Virus record (IMG/VR): IMGVR_UViG_3300045988_072096
Direction: 5' to 3' (one strand)
Length of the DNA stretch: 64,000 nt
Origin: a virus
This document shows, in pieces, positions 26,854-39,696 of the stretch (the first letter of the stretch is position 1; each line of letters starts with the position of its first letter). Under the pieces are notes generated by a model. That model made no database searches. It worked only from the letters and a program-made list of their open reading frames with translations, and had not been told where the DNA came from. Made by a program: the position numbers and the translations under genes.

Positions 26854-29800
26854 TTAATTGTATGATTGTCTAAATTTGGTTATTATATGTGATATTGCAT
26901 GATCGTTGTTATTACTATTCATCAACAGTTCTTCTATCATCCATTTACCACGTAATCTACGAATTCTATCTGCACACCTTGGTATCGGGAAGCATATATT
27001 TCCTTCTCTATTTGTATATTCATCGATCGTTCCAGCTTCATCTAAATCTGTATAGAGATTGCAGTTGAAATTATCGTAATCAGCAGTTTGTTTAGTATGA
27101 CTCGAAGTAGTATTATATAATTGCGGGAAGACTATTTGCTGATTATCAAATACTTTTGTAACTGATGCATTTGGATTTACTACAAAGTTCAACCTGGCTG
27201 TATCATCATTAGTTGTTGGAGTTTCGCCATCATTACACCAACGTGTATATGCTGCAAAATTAGATCTTATCGAAATTGCATCAGTCTGATTTGTTAAATT
27301 ATTATATACTGTAGCTAATTGCCCATTTAACACATCATACATAGACTACGCTATACCTAATTTGCAGTTAAATGCTAATGTCATTTCCCCGATTAAAATA
27401 GCATTATTTTTAATCGGATGAAATAATAACTCGTCGTTAATTGCGTCATACGTAATTGTAGGTACTTGAACGTTGTCAGTAATATTTATCTACATTAGCG
27501 TCTTTACATTACAACTTTCTGTAAAGTCTACTACTGACATTTTAGCACCACCATATGCGCCAGATGTAGCTTTGTATGCTGCGATACATTTATTGCCATA
27601 ATCAAACCAATATATATCATTGTCGACATTTACTTTACACATATCCTGTGCCCTCATTCCAAACTTGGTACTCAAGTAATCGAATCTCTGTAATACAGTT
27701 CCCTATCCAAGTTGTATAAGGTTACTGTTTTCATCTTTGACAAGTGAGCGTTCATTAACAGATAACTTACCGAACGCTTTTGTTTGCCAGAAATATAATG
27801 TATCTTGTGCAGTAAGCATGTCAGTTAATTCTCCATATGTTGAATTAACATCTATATAATCTACAGGCTTAAATATATTCCAGCTATTTAAAAGTTCTCC
27901 ATTGGTCTTTAGCTGTGAATAACATATTCTTTGAGAATAATTATTTTCCAATCGCTCAGTACTTTGTGGTGAATATAGATCATTGCTAGTTCCATTATCA
28001 GAATAAATAAGATTATACTGATGTACCGGTCTATCTTGCGAAGCTACACCCTTTATTTCACCAGCTTCAGCTTGTAAGTTAGCGTTATTTGTATTACGAT
28101 AATTCATTCCATAATCGAAATACTGGTTAATAGTACTCTCCATTGGGATGTAGTGTATTGTCTACATAGATTGCAATGAACTCTTATCGTCATTAAAGTC
28201 ATATGCCTTATACATACCTTCTATCTCGTATATCTGTGTATACGTATCACCAGTAAATATATTTATCTTATTGACACCATCTGATGAATACGCCTTATAA
28301 TCACCGAATCCGTAATATGTATCATATTGTTTAGATGACATATCTTTGCCAGAATAATGAATAGCTGGATGTGTAATTTCACATAACAATGTACCAGGAT
28401 AACTATTTAATTTAGATATTTCTTCAGGGTCTTTATAATCTATATTACTATCAGGTTCAGGATGTGAATATATTAAAGTTCCACCATAATAGGATGGAGT
28501 AGATGCGTTTTCTATAAGATTAGTCGTTATAACTTCTCCAAATACATTTTTTAGAGAATACGACACTGTAATATCTTCAAACGGTATTAAATCGTCTAAT
28601 GACTATTTATCATTCGGCAATTGTACTATTAAGCACCTTGCTGCAGGCCCAATTGGTCCAATTGATGGATATGTTCTTGTTGTATGTTTGCCGGAATTAT
28701 TAACGTTTGTAAACTCGACAACATTTTTCCAAAGACTAGTGGTCCATCCGAATTCATTATTTGTCCCTACAGGAATATCATATTTACTACTACAAACCCA
28801 ATTCAAATAACTAGATGTTGATATATTTTTAGCGTACGATTTGTACTTCTTTACGGCATTTTCTAATACACTGCCATTTGTTACATGATTGGAAAATCCA
28901 TCCTCCCAATTGAGCATTTTCACGCTAGAAATATCTTGTATTTGTTTATAATAATTGTTTTGATTTAACTTAAAGACTGTTTCTTTCGTATAAAAGACAT
29001 TGTCTATATCTGCCTTGTCGTCAAAAGCCCTAAGATCTAAATTATCCCAAACCTGTGTATAATCATCGGGATTTAACATAAAAAATCTTCTAGAATATAC
29101 CGTATTTGTAGAGTCTAAATACTATAATTTGTTTATTTTATTCGATTTGTCTGACTTCGAGTAACTTAATGTTTTATAATTTATATTAGTATATTTCCCA
29201 AATGTATAGTCATGTCCAACTTCTATCTATGAGTAATCACTATTTTTTCCTATTAGTGGAATAAAACTTAATGAAAAGATTTTATTTTTTTGTGCCCGAT
29301 TCGATACATTTATCTATTGCTCAGTTGAATCACTATATGCGTCATCTTTTGTAAATTTTACAATTCCGTCTGTTGTAGAAGAGTACAAATATAAGGAGGG
29401 GACTAATGAAATCTAGTTTACCTTAAGTTTGTTTAAAACATTATCCACATACGTCTATATTTCAGGACAGTATATCTGATATAACATGTTATCAGAAGCA
29501 CCACTTGTCATTTGTTTTGGCCATTGCGTTGTAACTGCTCCGCCATCATAATCACACGGAGTATATCCAATATACTAAGGATTGCTTATAATAAATCCAG
29601 TAGGATAATATGGAGAATATGTACCATCGACAAGTTGTTGCCTAACAGTGCTTGCTATCACAACTTGTTGTAGAGATCTAGAATATTCATTTGTACGTTG
29701 ACAACGTACTATTTCGTATCCGCATATATTATTGTCAGTAGCAAATTTTTTAAACGCTTCATTTAATGTAAATTCTATACCTATCTGTTTTGTAGTATAG

Positions 29801-31545
29801 TTTTTGTTCAATTCAACTATATCCGGTCCAGGAATTCTAATGTCACCTATCCATACCACGTCACTTCTTGTGCCATCATTCTTATATAATATTATACCAT
29901 AGCGATATACTTCACCACGTTTAAGCGACTTAATACAGCTGCTTGTAATAGCATTATTATGTGATACTTTGTCTGGTTCTGGGAAACCACAATCGGAAAT
30001 AATATCCGTCTCTTTTGGTGCATTTACCTAAGATTCGTCTTTTCCGGAATATTCAAATTTGCCAGACTAATTATTATAATATATATAATCTGAATTATAA
30101 GTAATGGCTGTTTCTTCATCGGTGACTACGTTTGCCACTAATAACTTCCATGAAATGTAAACACCACTGCCACCGATATAATTATTATAATCGACCATTA
30201 CATTATTAAATGGTTCATCGAATTTATGGTTTATATCAGAATATGGGTTTGAATAATCTGCTTCATTAAACATAGGATCATTTATAAAAGCAGTTATCCT
30301 AGAATCTACGTCAGTTGTTTCTTCAACACTAGTTTCTACATGATCGTAAGTAGTTGGTACGAGATATGGAATGGTATGAGCATTATGGTAAATTGGTATA
30401 AACTATATAGCCCAGAATTTCTTAAGATCATTTCTACTTAATTGGAATGTAGTAGTATCTTTAACGTTTCCAGCGAATAAATAGCCTTGATTTTGTTCAA
30501 GTAGTTTAGGTATAATGTCCTGTCCATGTATCTAAGCGAACTCTTCCACGGATATAGTCTGTAAAGTCTTACGCCCGTTATCTATAACACTAATATTTGT
30601 GCCTGTAAACTCACCGTCATATATCAGATCAATCTAAGCATTCTAATTAGGTTTTATATATTGTATTCTATATACCTGTAGCCTATCGAATTGATCTATC
30701 TTTTCATCAACTGCTATTCCTAACTATAAACCTATTGACGTAACTGTATCTTCAGCACAGCCAATTTCAGTATCACGAGAAGGATTTATGACTTGATATT
30801 TACGACTCAATGGTGCTAACTTACTAGTTACTCCATATTTCTTATAGAACCTATAAGTATATTGTACCTATGAAGCTTTAAGTTGTCCTCCTACGATTGC
30901 CTTATATGTAATAGCATGTTTTGGGAAATACCTATTTTGACTAATTAAATCTATATCAATTTCTCCTTCTGTTTTGTGGGTTGTTTCATCTATTTTATAC
31001 AGACTTTTAATATAATCAGTATCCTTTACATTGATTATCATTATCTTATGCTCGCCGTCTGCAATGTATAAATTTACTACAGCATCGGTTTCATACTGTA
31101 ATACTGCCGAAACATTTCGCAAGTCAACTGCATCTTCTACTTTTTCTCGAATTTTTATCTTGCACAAGAACGTCCATCTATATCTTGGTAATTCATCAGA
31201 AGCCTCTACTTTATACAAATATACGTAATTATTATGTAGCTTAATTAAGATATTAGTGTCTCCTGATGTAATTATTTTTATTATCCGCTGAGTTTTATCG
31301 TCGTCGAATTTAGGTACAATCTAAGTCGTATAAGTAATGTCTTCATTTAACGCTTTAACTGGAGTCATTACGCCGTATTTTCCATATGCAGCAATATCAT
31401 TAAAGCTATTTATTTTCGACGTACCATACGGGCGTAAATTAATAGCATATATGTACTGGTTATTTTTAATAGTGTCATACGCAGAATCAGTATTCATACC
31501 ACCAGTAAAAGTATTTATAAACGTATTATTCTGTTCAGTAGCCAT
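26854..31545 (-). CDS. Large tail-module structural protein, 1,563 aa, with about 20 in-frame TAG
   Basis: Nine listed ORFs from 26854..27342 to 31321..31608 share a frame (0 mod 3). All gaps I scanned contain only TAG. The likely start is ATG 31545 (MATEQNNTFINTF...), which overlaps the upstream TGA by 11 nt. It ends in TAA at 26854. Confidence 0.65.
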
Positions 31546-32443
31546 AGTAATAATCATTATATAAAGACTGTTGTTTACCAATATTACTAAAGAATGTTTC
31601 ATCACCATCCCAATCTGGTATTAACTTATTCCAGTCTCTCTTTATGTTCTGCATATCATCTGCTGTAGGCATCATAGCTTCTGCATATGCTTGATTTCTA
31701 TAAAAATTCCATTGTTGCTGTAAGTAAGAATAAACAGCACCATTATTGTTCACACCTTTACCGCCGAGCTTTCCTTTAAGGTATTTTGAAAAGTTTATTT
31801 TCATTACTACATACCAATATATTGCCTCTTGATACGATGTCGTATCTGGGATAAGCGGATAGCCACGTTCATCTGTAGCGATTGCTTTATATTGTAATTT
31901 AATGTACCCATCTCGCATATTAGTAGAAATCCAACCTGGCTTAATAAAATATTCTGGTTTTTCATTAAGTCTATTGCGCAAATACTTCATTCCGTTTACT
32001 GTAGCAAACTGTGATTGAGTGGTTGGATATTTATACTTCATCTACTCGTGTTCGGGCTTAATTTCTTGCCTTTCTGCGGCTAAATTATTTGGGTCTGTAG
32101 GAAGTACGTATTCTTCTTGAGCCTTAGGTATTTGTTTGCTTTTAAACAATCCTGTAGCAGTACTCATAGGCTGCCATGGTCCATTTTCATTCTTAGAATA
32201 TGCCACACCATCTAATACAATTAAATCGGCAGGCATCGGTATTTGATAGTCTTGTATTTTAAATATAGGTACGCCATCTATGCCAGACTCTCTGACTATA
32301 TACTGCATAGGTGCGCCTATCTTTTCAGTAGCTTCAAATATCCATTCTCTAATATCCTCAATACGCTATCTTACCTCAGGCGAATCGAGGTCTGCCATAA
32401 TCTTAGCTATGACAGCCTCACACTTAGTATACTTGTATATCAT
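31535..32443 (-). CDS. Hypothetical structural protein, 302 aa
   Basis: ORFs 31535..32041 and 32042..32308 are contiguous in one frame across the TAG at 32042. The frame stays open upstream to ATG 32443, after an in-frame TAA at 32474. The stop is TGA at 31535. Confidence 0.6.
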
Positions 32444-32828
32444 TGATATCTATATAATCTTGTTTGTTGAATATTAACTAAGCTAGTTTACGTTTATTCG
32501 CGCGTACCAAATTAAGTTGATATCTATATCTGTCTGGGAACACCCTAGGTATCTTAGACCAATATAATCTAAATTTATACCCATCTGAATGTTCATTTAA
32601 GTGATATATTCGCTTACCGTACTCTTTACTAGCTTTATAATCTACAGATAGAGACTTGCTATCATAGTTCTTAGGTCTATATTTACCAACCTATATCATA
32701 CCTAACCCATAAGGCATTTTAAAGCCTTCTGAGCGCATGAATACGTGTTCTAGTATAATCTAGCACATACACTCTAATATGCGCTTATACGTAACGTAAT
32801 CAACCTCTATCGGCATTCCTTTGTACAT
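32424..32828 (-). CDS. Hypothetical small basic protein, 134 aa, absent from the ORF track because of 3 in-frame TAG
   Basis: My hand translation from ATG 32828 gives MYKGMPIEVDYVTYKRILECMC(Q)IILEH... In-frame TAG codons are at 32760, 32692 and 32478. TAA is at 32424-32426. The ORF fills an otherwise empty 400-nt gap. Confidence 0.5.
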
Positions 32829-32847
32829 GTCTCTAAATGTAATTGAT

Positions 32848-33558
32848 TTACTATTGTTCATCTTGTGGCCCATGCGGTTTAACACTAGCTAATGTAGCAT
32901 TATTACTATCATCGCTAGGTCTATTTAACATAAACGACAGTTCGTTTTTAAGTATATTATTCTTGATTGGAGGAACTAACCATGCTGGTATCTTTACTTC
33001 ATCCTCATCGATATCATCTCCATCTTCAGCATCTTCTATATCTTCGTATACAGCCATTACCCAAATATACTTAAATTTACTATCATCAGGCAATCCTTGT
33101 ACGTATATATAGCCTCCGTCATAGTAAGCAGTAATAGCATTACCTGTATACTTTCTAAATGCTTGGTAATGTTTACGTACGTGATTCATGTATTGTATTA
33201 TACAACCATTTTGATCATGTACGCTAAGTATACTTGATTCGTCGTTATTATATATACCTTCTAATTTTTCCTTGGTACGCTTAGTGTTGTTTGGCCAATG
33301 ATCATCTTCTGTAGGATCTATTAACTCTAATGGACCTTTTTCTCTAATAAATATATCATCTATATAATCCTCAAGCAGTTCATCGTCAACAGCCTACTCC
33401 TTCTATTTATCAAGCCTGTCTTTAAGGATCATCTACTTATAAGCTCTAATCCAAACGGCTATTTGATGTCTTGACAAATCTTCACTTTCACTAATATTGT
33501 TATTGCGTACTATTAAAAGTATATCGTCTATGAATTCTCTTAGTGAAATATATGTCAT
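32848..33558 (-). CDS. Hypothetical structural protein, 236 aa, with an acidic central patch
   Basis: ORF 32851..33189 extends upstream through TAG codons to ATG 33558, which is preceded by an in-frame TGA at 33577. The terminal TAG at 32851 is followed immediately by TAA at 32848. Confidence 0.6.
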
Positions 33559-33563
33559 AATTA

Positions 33564-34217
33564 TTAATTGTTTGATTCAACTATTCTTACATCTTTACTT
33601 TTAAGTAAGTCGTTTGTATTTACTATATTGTATTTATACTTAGTAACTTTCTTAAAGTCCAATGTAAATAATCGTTTAAAGAAATTCTTTTTATTTTTAT
33701 ATTCTCTTTTAGTATATACGTATAAATATTGTTCATTCTGTAAATCTATTGCTATATTTACAGTATCATTACCTATAGTATATTTAACTTTAGTTAGAGG
33801 GTTATATAATATACTATCTGTATATATACTATCTTTAACTATAATATTACCCCCTACCCCCTTGCTGCCTATAACGTTTAATACCTAGGTTTGAGTTGCT
33901 GCAGTATGTAACTGCTTGGGTTTTATTTTTAATTCGTTACGTACACTATCTAATTTATGAAGCACAGAATCATTTGAATTCTGTAATTGTTCGACTGTAA
34001 GCTTTAATACATTAGAAGCCTACTAAGAGTCGCTAAGCAACCCCTAATAGGCTTCAATGTTGTTCTAAGCTGTTTCTAAGCTCTGTGACAGCTTTTTATT
34101 CTAATTGTGAAGAATTACTCCCCAGCACAATAAAAGTCCAACACAAAGCCCAGAAATGGCCTTAAACAGAGTCTTACGATTGTTGAACAGATACTTCAGT
34201 ATTGTTTTTATCGTCAT
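33564..34217 (-). CDS. Spanin-like or membrane-anchored coiled-coil protein, 217 aa, the last gene of the lysis cassette
   Basis: ATG 34217 is embedded in the 3' end of the holin gene in the +1 frame. The N-terminal TM segment is AISGLCVGLLLCWGVIL, followed by a heptad-like Q/L-rich stretch. There are several in-frame TAG. TAA is at 33564-33566, 5 nt before the next ATG. Confidence 0.5.
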
Positions 34218-34716
34218 CATGTTTTTTCAATTCAATTTCTACTCCAGTATAAGCCTCCCCTTTCTTCTTTAAGAATTTACTTAAAGCTCTCCAAGGACCG
34301 TTTGGATTCAATGTATTTAAATTTTCAAGTATTGACCATATTTCAGTTAATGTTATAATAACTGTCGCGCCACCTGTCAATACAAATACGCCTTCGGTAC
34401 CAAGAACTACATATTCAAGCATTCGTGCTAAACATATTATAGCGAACTCAGCTTTTATTTTATTCCATGTACCATGCCTAGTATGGTCACTAGTAATTTT
34501 GCAATGCTATTTCTTTGCAACAGCTATTCCATAGAACATATCTATAGTAGATGCAGTGAAACAACATGTGAGTAAGCCTATAATAGGAGTAAAGTAAGCA
34601 GTAATAAGTGCTCCAGCAGCAACACAAATCTTTCCTAGTATTGTGTTACCACTTATTGTATTTATAACTTCATAGATACTTGAGCACACTTTTATTATAG
34701 ACTATCCTAAACTCAT
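34174..34716 (-). CDS. Holin (Phage_holin_4_1 / TcdE-like family), 180 aa
   Basis: ORFs 34174..34422 and 34507..34689 are joined in frame through the TAG at 34507. ATG 34716 forms an ATGA overlap with the upstream TGA. It has several TM segments and the family-typical TEIWSILENLN motif. Confidence 0.7.
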
Positions 34717-35141
34717 TGTATCGTAATATTAATTTTACCTTCCTTATAAGCTTTTTCTAATAATGGAAATAACTTGTCATACGTAATCTTTGATTCGACC
34801 ACTTTACCAACAACTTTATTTTTACCTACTATTATACAACCGAGGGAGTCCTTGGCTGTGTTTCCTGTGTGTATTCTTATACCTTCATAGCCTGGCACAT
34901 TCAATATGTGTGCCATTCTACGTTTAAATCTATTACTGTAATCAATGATTAATGAATATGTACCTGTAGGTATTGCTGTTTCACCGTACACTTTCTTTTT
35001 CTTTATGTCATTGATTGACATGTTTTGATTTAATCCACGATCTTTATCTTCAATTGTGTCGCAGAAATACACATTGTCAATATATAACTTGCCAATAGTA
35101 TATGTTTCTTTCTTGGCTATACGTTTCAGTAATATATTCAT
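34713..35141 (-). CDS. Putative cell-wall hydrolase with a YkuD/L,D-transpeptidase-like His...Cys catalytic signature (DUF5675-like)
   Basis: The sequence is MNILLKRIAKKETYTIGKLYIDNVYFCDTIED...IRIHTGNTAKDSLGCIIVG. It sits immediately upstream of the holin. Start ATG 35141 was chosen because the upstream gene's TAA is at 35146-35148. Confidence 0.55.
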   Translation of the reverse strand: MNILLKRIAKKETYTIGKLYIDNVYFCDTIEDKDRGLNQNMSINDIKKKKVYGETAIPTGTYSLIIDYSNRFKRRMAHILNVPGYEGIRIHTGNTAKDSLGCIIVGKNKVVGKVVESKITYDKLFPLLEKAYKEGKINITIQ

Positions 35142-35145
35142 ATCA

Positions 35146-36267
35146 TTAATCCTCCCAGCTACCATAATCACTAGTAACAGTTATTGTAATATTGTTCTTT
35201 GTAATAGGACTATATATCCAGAACGTACGATTATCATTAGTATTAACAGTACACCCATCACCTTGAGCACCAGTAACATCTCCTACAGATGCACCTGGGG
35301 ATTTAAATGCTTTAAACTAAATTATCTGTTTAGGATCACCTGACAGATAATCATTGTTTACAAATATTTCAGAAGGGCCCTAAACAGTAACAGCGCCATC
35401 ATAAATATATCTAATTGTATGCCATTTTCCAGAACTAACTACCTTCATTGTCGCATTTACAGCTACATCATCCTTCAATAAATATGTAACTTCTGTATTC
35501 ACATCGCTATATTTATCTATTCTGTTAATTTGTCCGTTTTTACCTACAGATATAGCAGATGGGTATCCATGCACGACAACAGTAAACAATTCACTGAATT
35601 CCTCAGAAGCTATTTCTTTAGATGTGCCATCAGAGTAATGAAGATTTATATTATATACAACATCGTTATAATCCTGATCTCCAATATTAAACACTTGTTC
35701 TGTTTCAAGCGTTAATGTACTAGGAACACTTATACTTGTTATATATGGAACATCAAGGTCTATGACTGTATCAGTGTCAACATCTTGATCATCGGAAGTT
35801 AATGTAAATATAATTCCTTTATCTATAGTATACGTACGTAAGTTATCTGCACCCCATCCAGTTTGATACAATGTAAGTACAATAACTACTCTATATTCTC
35901 CTAATAGCTTCTAGTCTACAGCAGGAAAATAAGCCTCTATCTTATTCTGTTCGGCCAACAGTCTAGATGGTGCTAAATATTCTTTCTTAATGCTCATAAA
36001 AGGCGTAGAATTTACGCCAAAGCCATTGTATCCAGGAAACCAGTGAGGAGCGTCTATATTGCATGGGAATACATTGTACATTGGTTTTCCACAGTTACAT
36101 ATATTATATTGTGCAGGATCATATGTTTGAGGAAACGGATTAACATTGCTATCAGATTCAGGTATGAAATAACATCTCAATTGTTTGATCATCGTAGCAT
36201 CAAAATCCGTTAATTCATGTAATGTAGTCTATACACGAATATCATTGCCTATTCTTATTCTTTTCAT
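35146..36267 (-). CDS. Hypothetical virion protein with beta-rich (Ig-like?) repeats, 373 aa
   Basis: ORFs 35380..35871 and 35911..36192 share a frame (0 mod 3) and are joined by TAG. ATG 36267 follows an in-frame TAA at 36331. TAA is at 35146. Confidence 0.6.
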
Positions 36268-36288
36268 ATTATTCGTGTTAAAACAATA

Positions 36289-36322
36289 AAAGCTAGAATG
36301 GGTAAATCCCCACCCTAGCTTT
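36289..36322 (-). terminator. Hairpin terminator downstream of the abundant structural gene 36343..37437
   Basis: There is an inverted repeat aaagctag (36289-36296) / ctagcttt (36315-36322). On the minus strand it is followed by a U-rich tract (UUAUUGUUUU). Confidence 0.45.
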
Positions 36323-36342
36323 AGTGTTTGTTAATATTTAAA

Positions 36343-37437
36343 TTAAGCAGCTTTATATGCAATCTCTTCAAGATTTACTCCAACCTTTGTAAATTCGTCT
36401 TTGAGAGCTTTGATATCTGTTTCTGCAGGTGTTTCTGCAGCAGGAACATAAATCTCAACAGTCTGCTTTGTATGACGCTGAATATCATCAGCAGCACGAT
36501 ATTTTGTCTCAAATTCGATAGTAATACCATCGTACTTCTTAGAAAGATTGGTAGTCATAGCAGGCTTAATGATAGGCCATGTGCAGCAGCCACGATTTAG
36601 TATACCTTCATAACCCATAGACTGTGCCTCACGGTCACGTACATTCTTAGCGCTCATAGGATCGTTATAACCCTCTTTCTTATTGATAGTAAGGCCTGTG
36701 GGGAAATACTTATTCTCAGAAGCGAAACCAGCTGCCTGAGGATTAGTATAATATACATTAGCATTGAAACGAACCTTGTTAGCTACGTTAATGGTATCTA
36801 CGCTATTATCATCATCGTAAGGCATTGCGGTAAGAATAAGTTTACCTTTAGCATCGTCAGCTTCAGCAGAAGCATTAGTGCCGGCTTTTGCCTCTACACG
36901 AGCACGCTTATACTGATCTGTAATTATTGTAGCAAAAGCTTTAGCAACATCATCAGCGGTATCACCTTTCTTCGTAAGATATTCATAAGACTCCGTCCAT
37001 TTACGGAAGCGAGTAGGCATGTCTTTGAAAGTCAGACGTACTACGATACGACGATTGCCCTGTGCAAATTCATTTTTATCATCAGTAAAAGCACCATTGA
37101 AATTAATAGTTATAGTATCCTCTTCAGCAAGTTTTGTATTCTTTTTGTAAGCATCTGCGAGCATAAACGTTGCAGACTTGATATAATTCTTATCAATCCA
37201 GTTAGACCACTTTACGATATTGGCGTAGGTTTCAGTTTTTGCACCATGTACGCGAAGTACATCATCTTTAACAAGACCGATGCGGAATTCATCAGAATTC
37301 TTTTCGTTCTTTTCAAATACGAACTTGCCAACATTTTCAGCAACATTCGTTTCAGTCCCTTTCAGAGTCTTAGTTTCTTCTATTACATCAGGATTGTTTG
37401 TGTCACTAACAAACACTGTATTTACATATGTAATCAT
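36343..37437 (-). CDS. Abundant virion structural protein, 364 aa, TAG-free
   Basis: This is an intact ORF ending in TAA with no internal TAG, unlike its neighbours. It is followed by a hairpin terminator. The function is not recognisable by eye. Confidence 0.8.
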   Translation of the reverse strand: MITYVNTVFVSDTNNPDVIEETKTLKGTETNVAENVGKFVFEKNEKNSDEFRIGLVKDDVLRVHGAKTETYANIVKWSNWIDKNYIKSATFMLADAYKKNTKLAEEDTITINFNGAFTDDKNEFAQGNRRIVVRLTFKDMPTRFRKWTESYEYLTKKGDTADDVAKAFATIITDQYKRARVEAKAGTNASAEADDAKGKLILTAMPYDDDNSVDTINVANKVRFNANVYYTNPQAAGFASENKYFPTGLTINKKEGYNDPMSAKNVRDREAQSMGYEGILNRGCCTWPIIKPAMTTNLSKKYDGITIEFETKYRAADDIQRHTKQTVEIYVPAAETPAETDIKALKDEFTKVGVNLEEIAYKAA

Positions 37438-37517
37438 AATTTATTATGTTTTAAATTTTCTACTTTCCCTATCAAATAATGCTAGACCTAACTAGCTGGG
37501 ATTTCCACGTTAATTTA

Positions 37518-38216
37518 TTACTCTTGAGTATTCACTTCATTAGAGATAGTTTGATAGCGTTGCTGCATAGGTATCTAGCTTTCTATATACATCTATGCTG
37601 CCATCTTGACTATCTCTGGCATTATTACATCTGGAAAATCGGAATACTCTTCTTTTGGATTATCCAGACTTATTTTATTTGGATTTCTAAGATAACCTAA
37701 TGTGTATTTAGTTATCTTATATTTCTTATCAGTTAAGAGATCGCATCCGTTTTGTGTCTTAATACGCAATGGCCTAGCTTTATAATGACGATAATGAAAA
37801 TCAGTAAGTGTGTTATTCACACGATACATAAAGCTGTCTGCAGTACATTCAAATACTGACGTGTCAAGCTCATGCCCACCATCAATCGAATCTATAACGA
37901 CATCCTCATTTAGCACAAACATCATCTTTTCAGGATAAGTTACTTTGTACTTATTATACGTAGCTCGACTTTCATCTACACTACTTAAATCTAAATCGTT
38001 TGATACAAATAGATTTATTAAATCTTTAGTACGTTTCTCATTCTATTCATATGATGTAAAATGTGGTGCATTACCATTAAATCTAGTTTTACAGAATTTA
38101 TAAACAGCCTGATTTAACCAATACAAAGAATCGTCGGTAGCAGGCTTATTGAGAGTATCATCTATTTGATTTATCTCTCGCTCAAATGCGGCTAATATCT
38201 ATATATTTGTCATCAT
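37518..38216 (-). CDS. Hypothetical head/connector-module protein, 232 aa
   Basis: ORF 37593..37925 extends through TAG codons upstream to ATG 38216, which forms an ATGA overlap with the upstream TGA. Downstream it extends to TAA 37518-37520. Confidence 0.65.
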
Positions 38217-38959
38217 TCATCCTCCTATTCATCTTGTTGGTTATTCTATTGATTAGATTGTCTCTAAGGCTATTTAGAAGCTGTCTAAGGCTATGAAGCA
38301 CCTCCGCGCTTATAGTTTATATACAACTAAACAGCGCCGTTTACAAGCTCATTAAAACACTCGTACGGAAGTTCACAAGCAACGCCATCGCCAAGTATAG
38401 TAAAGTTTGCCGGCATCTTGATATACCTAATGTCTATAGCTATTACTTTAGTATACTCATCTGTAATTACTTCAAACGTAGTTCCTTTTCCAGCATTCTT
38501 CATAACCAGTAATGGCCTACGAAGTATTTTACCTTTATTATAAGGATCTCGCATTATTTGTTTGTGTTGCTATGAATTTATATAATCATTGCCAACCCAA
38601 ACCTAAGTTTGCGAATTCTTTTCATCATATGGTTTTGCATAAGAACCTTCTATTAAAGAAGTAGAATCAATATACATATTGAAATCATCCAACTTAAATA
38701 GATTATATTCATCAGGGGTATATTCTCCCCAAACAATAAGTGTTTTGAGATAATCATCAATGTGATTAGAAGCATTTGAATTAGGCTAAATGCGATCTTT
38801 TGTTATATATAACTCTTTAACAAACTGATTCTAATATTCGTTTAAGAACGAATAAATATCTTCAGTATCGATCTTATCAACTGTTTTAGTTGACGGAAGT
38901 ATAGTTTGAACTCTGCGTTCAAATTCTATCCCCAATTGTCTTGTCTATTCTAATGTCAT
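38213..38959 (-). CDS. Hypothetical head/connector-module protein, 248 aa, with a TAG-dense Q-rich C-terminal tail
   Basis: ORF 38327..38554 extends in frame to ATG 38959, which forms an ATGA overlap with the upstream TGA. Downstream it extends to TGA 38213-38215. The last 39 codons contain 7 TAG interleaved with CAA, giving ...QPQTASKQPQRQSNQQNNQQDEQEDE. Confidence 0.65.
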
Positions 38960-39681
38960 GCCTCTAATGATTTAGTTTGTACTACTGTTGCTAATCTAGG
39001 ATCTTGTACATTTCTACAAGCAAATATTACAGCAAGGTTAATAAGTTCTTCACATACTGTATCTGATAACGGAAACTCTGTAGTATCCTAGTTTTCCTAT
39101 TTTGCAAAATCAGTTGGCATCATAATTCCACGTATGTACAAATCGCTATCAGTTATTTCACCTTTTCTGCTGTCTATAAGTACATGTATACGAATTGGAC
39201 TTTCTGATGATTCAGATGTAGTTTCAGGTGTCCGCTGTACGTACATTATAGGTTCCTTTAGCCAAGGTTTATTGTGAGCAGTCTCTTTAAATTTATCGGC
39301 TATTACACTAGTTAACAACTAAACTGTTTCTCTCGTCGTATCAGAGTATTCTATTGTACCTCCTAATATATAAGCAGGCAATGTATCATTATCACTGTTG
39401 TACACGTATTCAAACTCATTTTTTGCAGTACCACTACTTGCAGTAGATTGTGTGAAACCCCACGTTCTTATTAATGGTGCTATATCTGCCATAGCTTTAG
39501 AATCCATGTCCAATGCTATTTTACGAGGATTATTACCCGTAACCTTTTGAGCTATTAAAGCATACATTGCTTTATTTAAAATAGCTGCAATCTCTTCATT
39601 TGTAAGTGAAGGATATGACGAAGATACATCAGCCTTGTCATATTCAATCAAAAAATTTTTGTATATATCATTATACGTCAT
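38956..39681 (-). CDS. Hypothetical head/connector-module protein, 241 aa
   Basis: ORFs 39097..39318 and 39319..39681 are contiguous across the TAG at 39319. The frame continues past the TAGs at 39097 and 39088 to TGA 38956-38958. Confidence 0.65.
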
Positions 39682-39696
39682 ATCTCATTCTAAATA

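Noticed and set aside
33568-33888. Plus-strand ORF 33568..33888 filling the gap after the holin
   Set aside because: The minus strand here encodes a TAG-containing TM plus coiled-coil protein (33564..34217) with tight coupling to both neighbours. The plus-strand product is a hydrophobic low-complexity sequence.
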